From positions 1 through 64,000 of the forward strand of contig SCQK01000014.1 of NCBI GenBank assembly GCA_004321885.1: a stretch of DNA of 64,000 nucleotides, given 5' to 3'. Each line of letters starts with the position of its first letter. Within the stretch, counting starts at the first letter, position 1. Positions 49,433-59,352 of this stretch are shown in pieces. Position numbers and translations under genes: made by a program. Below the pieces are notes generated by a model. The model searched no databases and was not told the origin of the DNA. It saw nothing but the letters and a program-made list of their open reading frames with translations. This DNA is from Patescibacteria group bacterium. Its GTDB lineage: Bacteria > Patescibacteriota > Patescibacteriia > Magasanikbacterales > GWA2-37-8.

Positions 49433-51151
49433 ATGCTCGCAAGGAAAGAAGACCGCTCGTTAAAAATTATTTCCGGTCTTTTGGTTTTGGCGGCCTTGCT
49501 AATTGTTTGGAAGCTCTTTTTACTGCAGATTTTAAGCAATGATTTTTACGCGGCCTTGGCCCAAAACACGCACGAGATTTACCGCCAGCTCAATCCCAAG
49601 CGCGGCAACATTTATTTTTCCGACGCGCGCGGCCGGGCCGAATATCCGGCCGCCATCAGCCGGCTCTATTATCTGGTTTACGGGGTGCCGCGCGATATTT
49701 CCAGAGCCGACGTCGCTTCCACCGCGGTATATTTAGCCGGCTTGCTCAAATTTGACCCCGACGAAGCCAAAGAGCTGGAGGGTAAATTGAAAAAGGCCGA
49801 CGACCCCTACGAACCGATCGCCTCCAAAGTGGAGATGGATGTGGTAGATAAAATTAAAGACGCGAATTTGAAAGGAATTAATTTTGCCGGCCGCGAGTAT
49901 CGCTATTATCCGGAAAAAAACAGCGCGGCGCATGTGCTTGGGTTTGTGGGCGCAAACGATGTCGGCGATTTGACGGGGCGTTATGGCTTGGAGGGCGCGT
50001 GGGACAGCGAGCTGGCCGGAAGGAGCGGATTTTTGGCCGGTAGCGCCGGAGCCCTGGGCGGCTGGATACCCCTGGCCGGCCGCACCTTAAGAAAGGCGGT
50101 CAACGGCACGGATTTTGTTTTAACGGTTGACCGCGCCCTGCAGTATCGCGCCTGCGATAAATTGCGCGCCGGCTTGGAAGAGTTTAAGGCCAAAAGCGCG
50201 GCTTTGGTACTCATGGAAGCGAAAAGCGGGGCCGTGCTGGCCATGTGCAGTTTGCCGGATTTTGACCCGAACGATTATGGCAGCGTGAAAGATGTTTCTT
50301 ATTTTAACAACACGGCGATTTTCACGGCCTATGAACCGGGTTCGGTTTTCAAGCCCGTTACCATGGCCATTGGATTGGAACTGGGCCTGGTGGAGCCGGA
50401 AACGGTTTTTACGGACCCGGGCGAGCGGGTGATAAATGATTTTAAGATACACAACGCCCTGAACAAGAAATACGGCACGGTAAGCATGACAAAAGTTTTG
50501 GAAAATTCCATCAATACAGGCATGATTTGGGTGGAAGAAAAAATTGGCCCGCTCCGGTTCAAGGAATATGTGGAAAAATTCGGCTTTGGCGCGAAGACCG
50601 GCGTAAACCTGGACACCGAGTCGGCCGGCGATATTTCGTCGTTTGACAAGAAGGCCCCGATTTACAATGCCAACGCCTCGTTTGGCCAGGGATTTACGGC
50701 CACGCCCATTCAGTTGGCCGCGGCTTACGCGGCGCTGGCCACCGGCCGTTTGCCCCGACCCAACGTGCTCAAAGAAACGCGGGCCGAGAACGGCAAGATT
50801 GACCGGCCGGAAAGAGAGAGCGCAGCCGTTATATCGGCGCGCACGCAAAAACTCATTACGGCCATGCTGATTTCCGTGGTGGAAAACGGCAGTGGCTACA
50901 AAAAAGCCAAACTAAACGATTATTTCGCGGCCGGCAAAACCGGCACGGCCCAGATAGCGCGTCAGGGCAAATACGGCGAGGAGAGCAACCATACTTTCGC
51001 CGGTTATTTTCCGGCCACTGACCCCCGTTTTGTGCTGGTGGTAAAATACGAAGCCCCGCAAAGGCAATGGGCCGAATCCACCGCCGCGCCGGTCTTTCGC
51101 GAGGTGGCCAAACTCACGCTTGAATATTTCGGAATCGCGCGCGATAAATAA
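49433..51151 (+). CDS. Class B penicillin-binding protein (PBP2/FtsI transpeptidase)
   Basis: SVFK (SxxK), SIN (SxN) and KTGTA (KTG) in the correct order; N-terminal TM. The ATG at 49433 is preferred because the track start overlaps gpsA. Confidence 0.85.
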   Translation: MLARKEDRSLKIISGLLVLAALLIVWKLFLLQILSNDFYAALAQNTHEIYRQLNPKRGNIYFSDARGRAEYPAAISRLYYLVYGVPRDISRADVASTAVYLAGLLKFDPDEAKELEGKLKKADDPYEPIASKVEMDVVDKIKDANLKGINFAGREYRYYPEKNSAAHVLGFVGANDVGDLTGRYGLEGAWDSELAGRSGFLAGSAGALGGWIPLAGRTLRKAVNGTDFVLTVDRALQYRACDKLRAGLEEFKAKSAALVLMEAKSGAVLAMCSLPDFDPNDYGSVKDVSYFNNTAIFTAYEPGSVFKPVTMAIGLELGLVEPETVFTDPGERVINDFKIHNALNKKYGTVSMTKVLENSINTGMIWVEEKIGPLRFKEYVEKFGFGAKTGVNLDTESAGDISSFDKKAPIYNANASFGQGFTATPIQLAAAYAALATGRLPRPNVLKETRAENGKIDRPERESAAVISARTQKLITAMLISVVENGSGYKKAKLNDYFAAGKTGTAQIARQGKYGEESNHTFAGYFPATDPRFVLVVKYEAPQRQWAESTAAPVFREVAKLTLEYFGIARDK

Positions 51152-51162
51152 TTTTATAACTT

Positions 51163-52458
51163 ATGCTCCGTTCCATTGTTCAATATCTTTTACGTTGGTT
51201 CGCCAAGAAAATCGTAAAAAAATACAAACCCGATATCGTCGGCATTACCGGCTCGGTGGGTAAGACCTCGGCCAAGGAAGCGGCCGCGGCCGTGCTGGCG
51301 CGGCGGTTTTCCGTGCGCCGCACTGTCAAAAATTACAACAATGAGATCGGCGTGCCGCTCACGATTTTAGGTTTTGACAAAACCCCGGGCGCTTCGGTTT
51401 GGGGCTGGTTGAAAGTTTTTAGTCGGGCACTGGCCTTGCTTTTCGCGCGCGACAAAAATTATCCGGATATTTTAGTTTTGGAAATGGGCGCGGACAAGCC
51501 GGGCGACGTGCAGTATCTGGTGGACATGGCCCCGTGCAAAGTGGGCGTGCTGACTTTTATTTCCCACGCGCACACCGAGTTTTTTAAGACCATCAAGAAA
51601 ATCGCCCAGGAAAAGAGGATCATTATTTCGCATTTGAACCGCGACGGTTTCGCCGTGCTGAATTTTGACAGCGAACTCGTCATGCAAAACGCCTCCGCCA
51701 CCAAAGCGGAAATTGTCACCTATGGCTACAAAGAAGGGGCGGATTTGCGCGTGACGGATGTAAATTTGATTAAGGATGAAATTACCGGCTGGCCCACAGG
51801 CATGAATTTCAAGGTCATTTTCAAGGGCAGCGTCATTCCGGTTTTTCTGCCGCGCGCCATTGCCAAAAGTCCGCTCATTTCGGCCGCGGCCTGCGGGCTG
51901 GCCATTGGCACGGTGTTTGGGGTGAATTTGATAGAGGGCTCGCAGGCTTTAAGCGAGCTGGAGCCCCTGGCCGGACACATGTGTCTGCTTCCCGGAATCA
52001 AGGAGACTTTGATTGTTGATGATACGTATAATTCCAGCCCCGAGGCCGTCAAAGCCGCGCTGGAATCCTTGGCCCAGATAAGCATTGGGCTGGAAGGGGC
52101 GCGTTATGCTGTTTTAGGCGATATGCTGGAACTGGGCGCGGAAACCGAAAACGCGCACCGCGAACTGGGCTTTCTGGCGGCCGGGTTGGGGATAGACCAT
52201 TTGTTAACAGTCGGCGTGGCGGCCAAGCATATGGCCGCGGCTGCGCGCGAGGCCGGTCTGAACACGGATAAAATTTTCAGTTTTGACCAATCCGGCGAGG
52301 CTGGCAAATTTTTGCAGGAACGGATGAAAAGAGGAGACGTGATTTTAGTCAAGGGTTCGCAAAGCATGCGCATGGAGCGTATTGTTAAAGAAATCATGGC
52401 CGAGCCGGCCCAGGCCGAGAAGCTTTTGGTGCGCCAGGGCAAAGAATGGCAAAATTGA
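51163..52458 (+). CDS. murF: UDP-N-acetylmuramoyl-tripeptide--D-alanyl-D-alanine ligase
   Basis: GITGSVGKTS P-loop and YNNEIGVPLT motif. Confidence 0.8.
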   Translation: MLRSIVQYLLRWFAKKIVKKYKPDIVGITGSVGKTSAKEAAAAVLARRFSVRRTVKNYNNEIGVPLTILGFDKTPGASVWGWLKVFSRALALLFARDKNYPDILVLEMGADKPGDVQYLVDMAPCKVGVLTFISHAHTEFFKTIKKIAQEKRIIISHLNRDGFAVLNFDSELVMQNASATKAEIVTYGYKEGADLRVTDVNLIKDEITGWPTGMNFKVIFKGSVIPVFLPRAIAKSPLISAAACGLAIGTVFGVNLIEGSQALSELEPLAGHMCLLPGIKETLIVDDTYNSSPEAVKAALESLAQISIGLEGARYAVLGDMLELGAETENAHRELGFLAAGLGIDHLLTVGVAAKHMAAAAREAGLNTDKIFSFDQSGEAGKFLQERMKRGDVILVKGSQSMRMERIVKEIMAEPAQAEKLLVRQGKEWQN

Positions 52459-52504
52459 CTTTTGCGCTTCCTTAATATAACATTATCTCCATAACATTTC
52501 CCGT

Positions 52505-54589
52505 ATGCAAAAAACATTAACTGGCGCGGTAAAATTTTTTATTTATCTCACTTTTTTCGTGCCGCTCGTGGTCGTGCCCGGTTCGTTTATCTTTCCCTTT
52601 ATCGTGCCCAAGATTTTGCTCTTGCGCTCGCTCATTATTTTGATGCTGGCGGGCTATATGCTGCTTCTGGCCGTGAATTGGTCAGAATTTCGTCCGCGCC
52701 TCACCGTGCTTAACATCGCCCTGTTGGCTTTTTTCATCAGTTTCGCGATTTCCACTTTCACGGGCGCCGACCCCTACCACAGTTTTTGGGACAATCACGA
52801 GCGCATGCTCGGGTTGTTTACTATTTTTCATTATTTCGCCTACTATTATATTTGCTCCGGCGCGTTAAAGTCGTGGACCGATTGGAAATGGGCCATGAGA
52901 ATTTTCTTACTCGCCGGGTCCATTGTGATGATTGTGGGCCTGGTGCAGACCCAGAATCCCAATTTATTGCTTAACCAGGGTTCGGACCGCGTGGCCAGCA
53001 CCCTGGGTAACCCCATCTATGTCAGCGGCTATGGATTGTTTCTGGCCTTTTTGGCTTTTCTGCTTTTGATGAGGGAAAAAAATAAAATTTGGCAATGGAT
53101 AAATTCCGTTCTGCTGGTTATTTCAATATTGGGCATGTTTTACGGCGGCTCGCGCGGCGCAGTGCTCGGCCTGCTGGTCGGCATTGGGGCCGCGGTGCTG
53201 GGCTATATTATTGTGCTGAAAGAATACAAAAAAACGCGCATTAGTTTGGCGGCCATTGGGCTGGCTGTCGTGCTGGCCGTCGTTGTTTTGTACTTAAACC
53301 GGCAGAGCGCGTTTGTGCAAAAAATTCCAGCCGTGGGTAGAACAGTGAACACGACCTTTACTGTGTTGAAAGACACTCCGCGCTGGCTGGCCTGGGAGCT
53401 GGCCATAGAGAGTTTTTTGGACCGCCCGGTGTTCGGCTGGGGGCCCAATAATTTTTTCTACGCTTTCAACTGGCACTTCCGCGCCCGTTCTTTGGAGTAT
53501 GGCTATGGCGAAACCTGGTTTGACAACGCCCACAATATTATCGTCAACACATTGGCTGTGCAGGGCGCTTTCGGCCTGGCCTCTTACTTGTTTATTTTCG
53601 CTGGCGGCTGGTGGACTTTGTGGCGCGCCTACAAGAAAAATAATCTGAACAAGCACGTGGCGGTCGTGGGCTCGGCCTTTTTGGTGGCGCATCTGGTGCA
53701 AAACATCACGGTGTTTGAAAACCCGACCTCGTATTTGTATTTTATGTTTTGGCTGGCCATGCTCAATAGCCTATCCCTTTCAGCCGCGCCGGCCCTGCAG
53801 TCGGCCAAAGCAGCTGCTGGCAGAACTATCGGCATCGGCGCCCTGTCCGCGGCCGGCGTCGCGGTTTTTATCGTCATTTTTATTTTCAACATCCAGCCGG
53901 CGCGCGCCAACACGAGAACCCTAAACGCGCTGAAAGCGATGAGCATGCTGCAAGACGCCAGGCTTTCGGGGGCGCAGATGACCCAGGTGGCGGAGCGGGT
54001 AATAGAAGCGATGGAGAGCGCGTTGTCCTTTCGTTCGCCGCACATAGACGACATCAGAAGCGACATCGGGCGCACGGCCGGCCAGATACTGGGTTCGCAA
54101 TACCAAAAATTGGACAGGTTATCGGCTACCAGGATTTTTGAACTGGCGTATTCCGAGACCGGAAAAAATTTGAACCTGCACCCGCTGGACATTCGCAATC
54201 ATTTGATTATGTCCCAGCTGGCCCAGACCGGCGCGATGATTTACAATGACGGCTCGTATTTTATCCAGGCTGAAAAGGTTTTGGAAGACGCACTGGCCAA
54301 TTCGCCAAAGCGCCAGCAGATAGCATACAATCTCGCCAACATTAAATTTCAAATTGGGAAAAAAGAAGAAGCGGAGGCATTGTTGCGGCAAACAATAACA
54401 GATGACCCAAAAATCGGGGAGGGTTATTGGCGCCTGGCTTATTTATACAAGCTGTCGGGTGAAATGAAAAAAGCTAAGGCTGTGTTCGCGGAAGCCGAGA
54501 AAAATAACGCCATCGGCGAAGGCGACCGCAACGGCATTTGGTCGCAGATATTGGCCGAAGAGAAAAAACCGGCCGCGATAAAGAAATGA
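52505..54589 (+). CDS. O-antigen-ligase-like (Wzy_C) polytopic membrane protein with C-terminal TPR repeats
   Basis: More than 10 TM helices, [14 protein letters not shown] Wzy_C motif, and a TPR-like C-terminus. Confidence 0.6.
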   Translation: MQKTLTGAVKFFIYLTFFVPLVVVPGSFIFPFIVPKILLLRSLIILMLAGYMLLLAVNWSEFRPRLTVLNIALLAFFISFAISTFTGADPYHSFWDNHERMLGLFTIFHYFAYYYICSGALKSWTDWKWAMRIFLLAGSIVMIVGLVQTQNPNLLLNQGSDRVASTLGNPIYVSGYGLFLAFLAFLLLMREKNKIWQWINSVLLVISILGMFYGGSRGAVLGLLVGIGAAVLGYIIVLKEYKKTRISLAAIGLAVVLAVVVLYLNRQSAFVQKIPAVGRTVNTTFTVLKDTPRWLAWELAIESFLDRPVFGWGPNNFFYAFNWHFRARSLEYGYGETWFDNAHNIIVNTLAVQGAFGLASYLFIFAGGWWTLWRAYKKNNLNKHVAVVGSAFLVAHLVQNITVFENPTSYLYFMFWLAMLNSLSLSAAPALQSAKAAAGRTIGIGALSAAGVAVFIVIFIFNIQPARANTRTLNALKAMSMLQDARLSGAQMTQVAERVIEAMESALSFRSPHIDDIRSDIGRTAGQILGSQYQKLDRLSATRIFELAYSETGKNLNLHPLDIRNHLIMSQLAQTGAMIYNDGSYFIQAEKVLEDALANSPKRQQIAYNLANIKFQIGKKEEAEALLRQTITDDPKIGEGYWRLAYLYKLSGEMKKAKAVFAEAEKNNAIGEGDRNGIWSQILAEEKKPAAIKK

Positions 54590-54593
54590 CCCT

Positions 54594-55619
54594 ATGAAAA
54601 AAGCGCTTATTACCGGCATTACGGGCCAAGACGGCTCGTATCTGGCGGAATTGCTTTTGGAAAAAGGCTATGAGGCGCACGGCATTATCCGCCGTTCCAG
54701 TTCTTTTAATACCGGGCGCCTGGACCATATTTATCAAGACCCGCATGAAAAAGGAGCGCGTCTTTTTTTGCATTACGGCGACCTTACCGACGGCAGCAAC
54801 ATCAGCCGGATATTGGACAAGGTGCGGCCCGATGAAATTTATAATCTGGGCGCGCAAAGCCATGTGCGCGTCAGTTTTGAGACCCCGGTTTCCACGGCCA
54901 ACGCCGACGCCCTGGGCCCCTTGCGCCTGCTGGACGCCATCAAAGAGGAGGGCCTGAACGTAAAATTTTATCAGGCCGGTTCATCGGAAATGTTCGGCAA
55001 GGTTTTGGAAACCCCGCAGAGAGAAACCACGCCGTTTTATCCGCGCAGTCCGTACGGCTGCGCCAAGGTTTTTGCCCACCATGTCGCCGTGAATTATCGC
55101 GAGTCGTATGGTATGTTTGTGTGCAACGGCATTTTGTTCAACCACGAAAGTCCCCGCCGCGGCGGCACTTTTGTGACCAAAAAAATCACCAACGGTTTGG
55201 CGAATATAAAAGCGGGCCAACAGGAAAAGCTGTATGTCGGTAACCTGGAAGCCCGGCGCGACTGGGGTTTTGCCAAGGAATACGTGGAGGCGATGTGGCT
55301 GATGCTGCAGCAGGAAAAACCGGATGATTTTGTGATTGCCACCGGCGAATCCCACAGCGTGCGCGAGTTTGCCGAAGAGGCGGCGCGTTATTTTGGCATG
55401 GAATTGGAATGGAGCGGCTCGGGTTTGGCCGAAAAAGGCGTGGACAAAAAAACGGGCCAGACCATAATTGAAATTGACCCGCGTTATTTCCGTCCGGCCG
55501 AGGTGGATTTTCTTCTGGGCGATGCCGCCAAGGCCAAAAGAATTTTGGGCTGGGAGCCGAAAGTCAGGTTCAAGGATTTGGTGAAATTGATGTGCGAAGC
55601 CGAGGTTAGCTCACACTAA
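54594..55619 (+). CDS. gmd: GDP-mannose 4,6-dehydratase
   Basis: [28 protein letters not shown]...[15 protein letters not shown] is a near-consensus Gmd N-terminus. Confidence 0.9.
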   Translation: MKKALITGITGQDGSYLAELLLEKGYEAHGIIRRSSSFNTGRLDHIYQDPHEKGARLFLHYGDLTDGSNISRILDKVRPDEIYNLGAQSHVRVSFETPVSTANADALGPLRLLDAIKEEGLNVKFYQAGSSEMFGKVLETPQRETTPFYPRSPYGCAKVFAHHVAVNYRESYGMFVCNGILFNHESPRRGGTFVTKKITNGLANIKAGQQEKLYVGNLEARRDWGFAKEYVEAMWLMLQQEKPDDFVIATGESHSVREFAEEAARYFGMELEWSGSGLAEKGVDKKTGQTIIEIDPRYFRPAEVDFLLGDAAKAKRILGWEPKVRFKDLVKLMCEAEVSSH

Positions 55620-55631
55620 GCATGTTCGCCA

Positions 55632-55907
55632 TTAGGCGACAATACTAACGTATTTCGCCATCTTTAAGTTGCCGTCAAAACGGCGCCTTTTATGAGCGCT
55701 GAATTTTACTTTGCCGGCGGACAAAGCAAAGAGCGTATCGTCTTTGCCTTGGCCCACGTTTTTGCCTGCGTGAAAGCGCGTGCCGCGCTGGCGTACGATA
55801 ATCATGCCCGGTTTGATAGCCTGGCCGTCGTGCATTTTCACGCCCAGCCGCTGGGCGTTTGAGTCGCGGCCCAGCCGCGTGGAGCCGCCCGCTTTTTTAT
55901 GAGACAT
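55632..55907 (-). CDS. rpmA: 50S ribosomal protein L27
   Basis: [24 protein letters not shown]...[17 protein letters not shown]; it is the only clear minus-strand housekeeping gene in this half of the window. Confidence 0.9.
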   Translation of the reverse strand: MSHKKAGGSTRLGRDSNAQRLGVKMHDGQAIKPGMIIVRQRGTRFHAGKNVGQGKDDTLFALSAGKVKFSAHKRRRFDGNLKMAKYVSIVA

Positions 55908-55935
55908 ACAAAGTTATTAAAGTTAATTTTGACTT

Positions 55936-55964
55936 ATTGTAGATAAAAAAAGTGATATTGTCAA
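55936..55964 (-). promoter_or_regulatory. Sigma70-type promoter for rpmA on the minus strand (TTGACA, 17-nt spacer, TACAAT)
   Basis: Reverse complement of 55959..55964 is TTGACA and of 55936..55941 is TACAAT, ~30 nt upstream of the rpmA start at 55907. Confidence 0.55.
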
Positions 55965-56022
55965 GGGGTCTAAAATTTGATAACATTAATAAATCCCCAA
56001 GTCTCAATGCCTAATGCCAATT

Positions 56023-56065
56023 CGTTTTGGTCATTGGGGTTTGGTCATTGTAATTTTAAGTTATG
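56023..56065 (+). promoter_or_regulatory. Family C motif, tandem: TTTTGGTCATTGGGGTTTGGTCATTGTAATTTTAAGTTATG
   Basis: Two direct copies of TTGGTCATTG spaced 14 bp apart, ending at the ATG of the 56063 membrane-protein gene. Confidence 0.4.
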
Positions 56066-56416
56066 TTTTACTCGCTCAAGCTTTACAGCCGCGACCCATG
56101 GATTTTTGTCCCGGCTGTTTTGCTCTTGGCCGCGCAGGCGCTGATTTGGTTTTTCCTGCTGACGAGCATCAAGCCCGATTCCGAGCAGATTTTTTTGCAT
56201 TATAATATAATTTTCGGCATTGACCTGGTGGGGGATTGGTGGAAAATATTTTATTTGCCGCTCGCGGGATTGGGGGCACTGGTGTTGAATTACTGCCTGT
56301 CGTTCGCGTTTTACGGCAAGGATAAATTCGTGGCGCGCCTGCTCGTTGGCTGGGCTGTTTTCATACACGTTTTTCTGCTGCTCGCGGCGATATTGCTGTC
56401 GCGGCTAAACGGCTAA
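56063..56416 (+). CDS. Membrane protein, hypothetical (3 TM)
   Basis: Hydrophobic 117-aa ORF immediately upstream of ftsW/rodA (1-nt gap). Confidence 0.45.
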   Translation: MFYSLKLYSRDPWIFVPAVLLLAAQALIWFFLLTSIKPDSEQIFLHYNIIFGIDLVGDWWKIFYLPLAGLGALVLNYCLSFAFYGKDKFVARLLVGWAVFIHVFLLLAAILLSRLNG

Positions 56417-56417
56417 T

Positions 56418-57506
56418 ATGCGTCAACGCACGGACCGTTTTTTTCTGGCTTCGGTATTTGTTTTGGTGATTTTCGGCTTGATGGCGCTTACCTCGGCCTC
56501 GGCGCCTTTGGGTTTTGCCAAATTCAACGACAGCTATTTTTTCATCAAAAAACAACTGTTGTTCGGCCTGGCTCCGGGCGTGTTGCTCTTTTTTTTATTG
56601 GCGCACGCGCGCTATGAGATTTGGAAAAAATTGGCCTGGCTCGTGTACGCGTTCTCTATTATATTATTGCTCTTGGTTTTTATTCCGGGCGTTGGTCTGG
56701 TAATCAATGGCGCGCACAGCTGGCTCGGAATTTTTGGTTATACTTTTCAGCCGGCCGAATTCGCCAAGCTGGCGATGATAATAATGCTGGCCGGTCTGCT
56801 GGCCGAGCCGCGTAAAGACTATGCGGATTTCAAAACCGGACTCCTGCCGATTTTAGCGGTTATCGCGCCCATTCCGCTGCTCATTTTGCTTCAGCCCGAC
56901 GTGGGCACCCTCTCCATTGTGGCGGTGATTATTTTTGGCATGCTGTTTGCGGGCGGCATCAGGCGGGCGCATCTCTTTGTTTTGGGCGTTGTGGCTGTTT
57001 TGGGTCTGGTGGCATTGCTGGTCGCGGCGCCCTACCGTGCCACGCGTCTCACCACCTTTTTGCATCCGGAGCTGGACCCAAAAGGCGTGGGCTACCAAAC
57101 AAACCAGGCGCACCTGGCCATCGGCTCCGGCGGCTGGTGGGGTTTGGGGCTGGGGCATTCGCGGCAAAAGTTCCAATATCTGCCTGAGGTGCACGCTGAT
57201 TCCATTTTCGCCATTATCGGCGAAGAGATGGGTTTTATCGCCACCACGATTTTTGTGGTGTTGCTGGCGGTTATCGGTCTAAAAGGTCTTAAAATCGCCC
57301 AAAGGGCGCCCGACCCATTCGGCCGTTTACTTGTCTCGGGCATTATGGTATGGTTTATGTGGCAGTCTTTTTTGAATATTGGCGGCATGGTGGGGCTCTT
57401 GCCTATCACGGGCGTGCCCCTGCCTTTTGTCAGCAGTGGCGGTTCGGCGCTGGTCGTGGCCCTTGCGGCCATGGGCATTGTGGCGAGCGTCAGCAGAAAT
57501 TCGTAA
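56418..57506 (+). CDS. SEDS-family peptidoglycan glycosyltransferase (FtsW/RodA)
   Basis: Ten TM helices and the GSGGWWGLGLGHS...PEVHADSIFA signature. Confidence 0.8.
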   Translation: MRQRTDRFFLASVFVLVIFGLMALTSASAPLGFAKFNDSYFFIKKQLLFGLAPGVLLFFLLAHARYEIWKKLAWLVYAFSIILLLLVFIPGVGLVINGAHSWLGIFGYTFQPAEFAKLAMIIMLAGLLAEPRKDYADFKTGLLPILAVIAPIPLLILLQPDVGTLSIVAVIIFGMLFAGGIRRAHLFVLGVVAVLGLVALLVAAPYRATRLTTFLHPELDPKGVGYQTNQAHLAIGSGGWWGLGLGHSRQKFQYLPEVHADSIFAIIGEEMGFIATTIFVVLLAVIGLKGLKIAQRAPDPFGRLLVSGIMVWFMWQSFLNIGGMVGLLPITGVPLPFVSSGGSALVVALAAMGIVASVSRNS

Positions 57507-57508
57507 AT

Positions 57509-58513
57509 ATGCGCGTCTTAGTCACCGGCGGGGCAGGATTCATGGGTTCTCATTTCGTAAAATATTTGTTAAAAAATTACCCGGATTACAAGGTGGTGAA
57601 TTTTGATAAGCTGACCTACGCCGGCAACCCGGACAACTTAAAGGAAGTTGAAAAAAATCCCAATTACGTTTTTGTCAAAGGCGATATCTGCGACGCGGGC
57701 GTTTTGGAAAAGGCGATTAAGGACAATAAGATTGAAGCGATTGTAAATTACGCGGCCGAGACCCACGTGGATCGTTCCATCATGGACCCGACGGTTTTTT
57801 TACGCACCGACATCTTTGGCGTTTACAATTTGCTGGAAGCGGTCAGAAAATTCGGTTTGAAAAAAATGGTGCAGATTTCAACGGACGAAGTGTTTGGCAG
57901 CGCGCGCGAGGGGAGCTTCACCGAGGATTCGCCCTTCGCGCCCAACAGCCCCTACGCTTCTTCCAAGGCCGGCGGCGACCATCTGTGCCGCTCTTATTGG
58001 GTTACTTATCAAACGCCGGCGGTGGTCACCCACAGTTGTAATTTTTACGGTTCCAATCAATTCCCTGAAAAAGTGATTCCCTTGTTTATTACTAATCTTT
58101 TGGAGGGTAAAAAAGCGCCGCTTTACGGCGACGGCCAGAATGTGCGCGAATGGATACACACGAGCGATCATTGCGCGGCCGTGGACGCGGTTTTGCACCA
58201 GGCCGAAGCGGGCGCGGTGTACAACATCGGTTCAGGCGACGAAATCAAGAACATTGAATTGGTGGAAAAGATATTGAAAATAATGGGATTGGGAAAAACG
58301 ATGATTGAATACGTGAAAGATCGGCCGGGTCATGACAGACGCTATTCCATCAATCACAAAAAAATCAGCCAAGAGCTGGGCTGGAAGCCGAAGATGTCTT
58401 TTGATGAAGGGCTTAAAGCCACGATTGACTGGTATCGCGCCAATGAGTGGTGGTGGAAGAAATTGAAGAGCGGGGAGTATCTGGAATATTACAAGAAGCA
58501 ATATAGCGTATGA
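57509..58513 (+). CDS. rfbB: dTDP-glucose 4,6-dehydratase
   Basis: MRVLVTGGAGFMGSHF and the YASSKAGGDHL catalytic YxxxK; the ATG at 57509 follows the ftsW stop. Confidence 0.85.
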   Translation: MRVLVTGGAGFMGSHFVKYLLKNYPDYKVVNFDKLTYAGNPDNLKEVEKNPNYVFVKGDICDAGVLEKAIKDNKIEAIVNYAAETHVDRSIMDPTVFLRTDIFGVYNLLEAVRKFGLKKMVQISTDEVFGSAREGSFTEDSPFAPNSPYASSKAGGDHLCRSYWVTYQTPAVVTHSCNFYGSNQFPEKVIPLFITNLLEGKKAPLYGDGQNVREWIHTSDHCAAVDAVLHQAEAGAVYNIGSGDEIKNIELVEKILKIMGLGKTMIEYVKDRPGHDRRYSINHKKISQELGWKPKMSFDEGLKATIDWYRANEWWWKKLKSGEYLEYYKKQYSV

Positions 58514-59340
58514 AGATTTTAATCATCGGAAATGGATTTTTAGGAAAGCGATGCGCGCAGGAATGGCCCGACGCTTTTTTGTCCGACAAGTTTATAAAGA
58601 CCACGGAAGATGTTTTGACTTTGCTTGACGAGCACCAGCCCGACTCCGTGCTCAACGCGGCCGGAGTAGTAGGCAAGCCCAACGTGGATTGGTGCGAGAC
58701 GCATCAAACTGAGACCATCGCCGGAAACACTATTTTACCTTTGCTTATCGCCGAGGCCTGCCAGAAAAAAGTCGTGTATTTTTTGCATATGGGTACTGGT
58801 TGCGTGTTTTACGGTAAGTCGCCGAAAAGAGGCGGCTGGCGCGAAAATGACTATGCCAATCCAGTGGCTGTCTACACCCGCACCAAATACGCGGCTGATT
58901 TGGCGCTTTCCACTTTGCCCAACATCGGCATCGCGCGTATACGCATGCCCATAGACAGCGTTCCTTCACCGGCCAATCTCGTCACCAAATTGGCGTCGTT
59001 TGAGCAAGTGGTTGACGTGGAAAACAGCGTGACGGTGGTGGATGACATGATAAAAGCATTTCGCGCGTTGTTGGAAAAAAAAGCGGTCGGGATTTTTCAC
59101 GTTACCAATCCGGGCAGTATTAAACACAAAGAAATAATGGCGATGTATAAAGAATTTGTTGATTCGCGGCATACCAACGGGTGGATAAGCGAGCGTGATT
59201 TGGTAAAAACCGGCATCGCGAAAAAAATGCGTTCCAACAACATAATGGCGTCGGAGAATTTGGAGAAACTGGGGATAAAGATGAGGCCGATAAAAGAGGC
59301 GCTAAGGGATACGTTGAAAAAATATGCAAAAAATTTATAG
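58510..59340 (+). CDS. rfbD: dTDP-4-dehydrorhamnose reductase-like (RmlD family)
   Basis: MKILIIGNGFLG...VLNAAG...YTRTKYAADLA matches RmlD N-terminal and catalytic regions; ATGA overlap with rfbB. Confidence 0.65.
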   Translation: MKILIIGNGFLGKRCAQEWPDAFLSDKFIKTTEDVLTLLDEHQPDSVLNAAGVVGKPNVDWCETHQTETIAGNTILPLLIAEACQKKVVYFLHMGTGCVFYGKSPKRGGWRENDYANPVAVYTRTKYAADLALSTLPNIGIARIRMPIDSVPSPANLVTKLASFEQVVDVENSVTVVDDMIKAFRALLEKKAVGIFHVTNPGSIKHKEIMAMYKEFVDSRHTNGWISERDLVKTGIAKKMRSNNIMASENLEKLGIKMRPIKEALRDTLKKYAKNL

Positions 59341-59352
59341 ATTAATTTTTTT

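Noticed and set aside
57350-57508. Long N-terminal extension of rfbB (track start 57350)
   Set aside because: It overlaps the 3' end of ftsW/rodA in another frame and is Gly/Arg-rich; the Rossmann motif MRVLVTGGAGF begins at the ATG at 57509 right after the ftsW stop.
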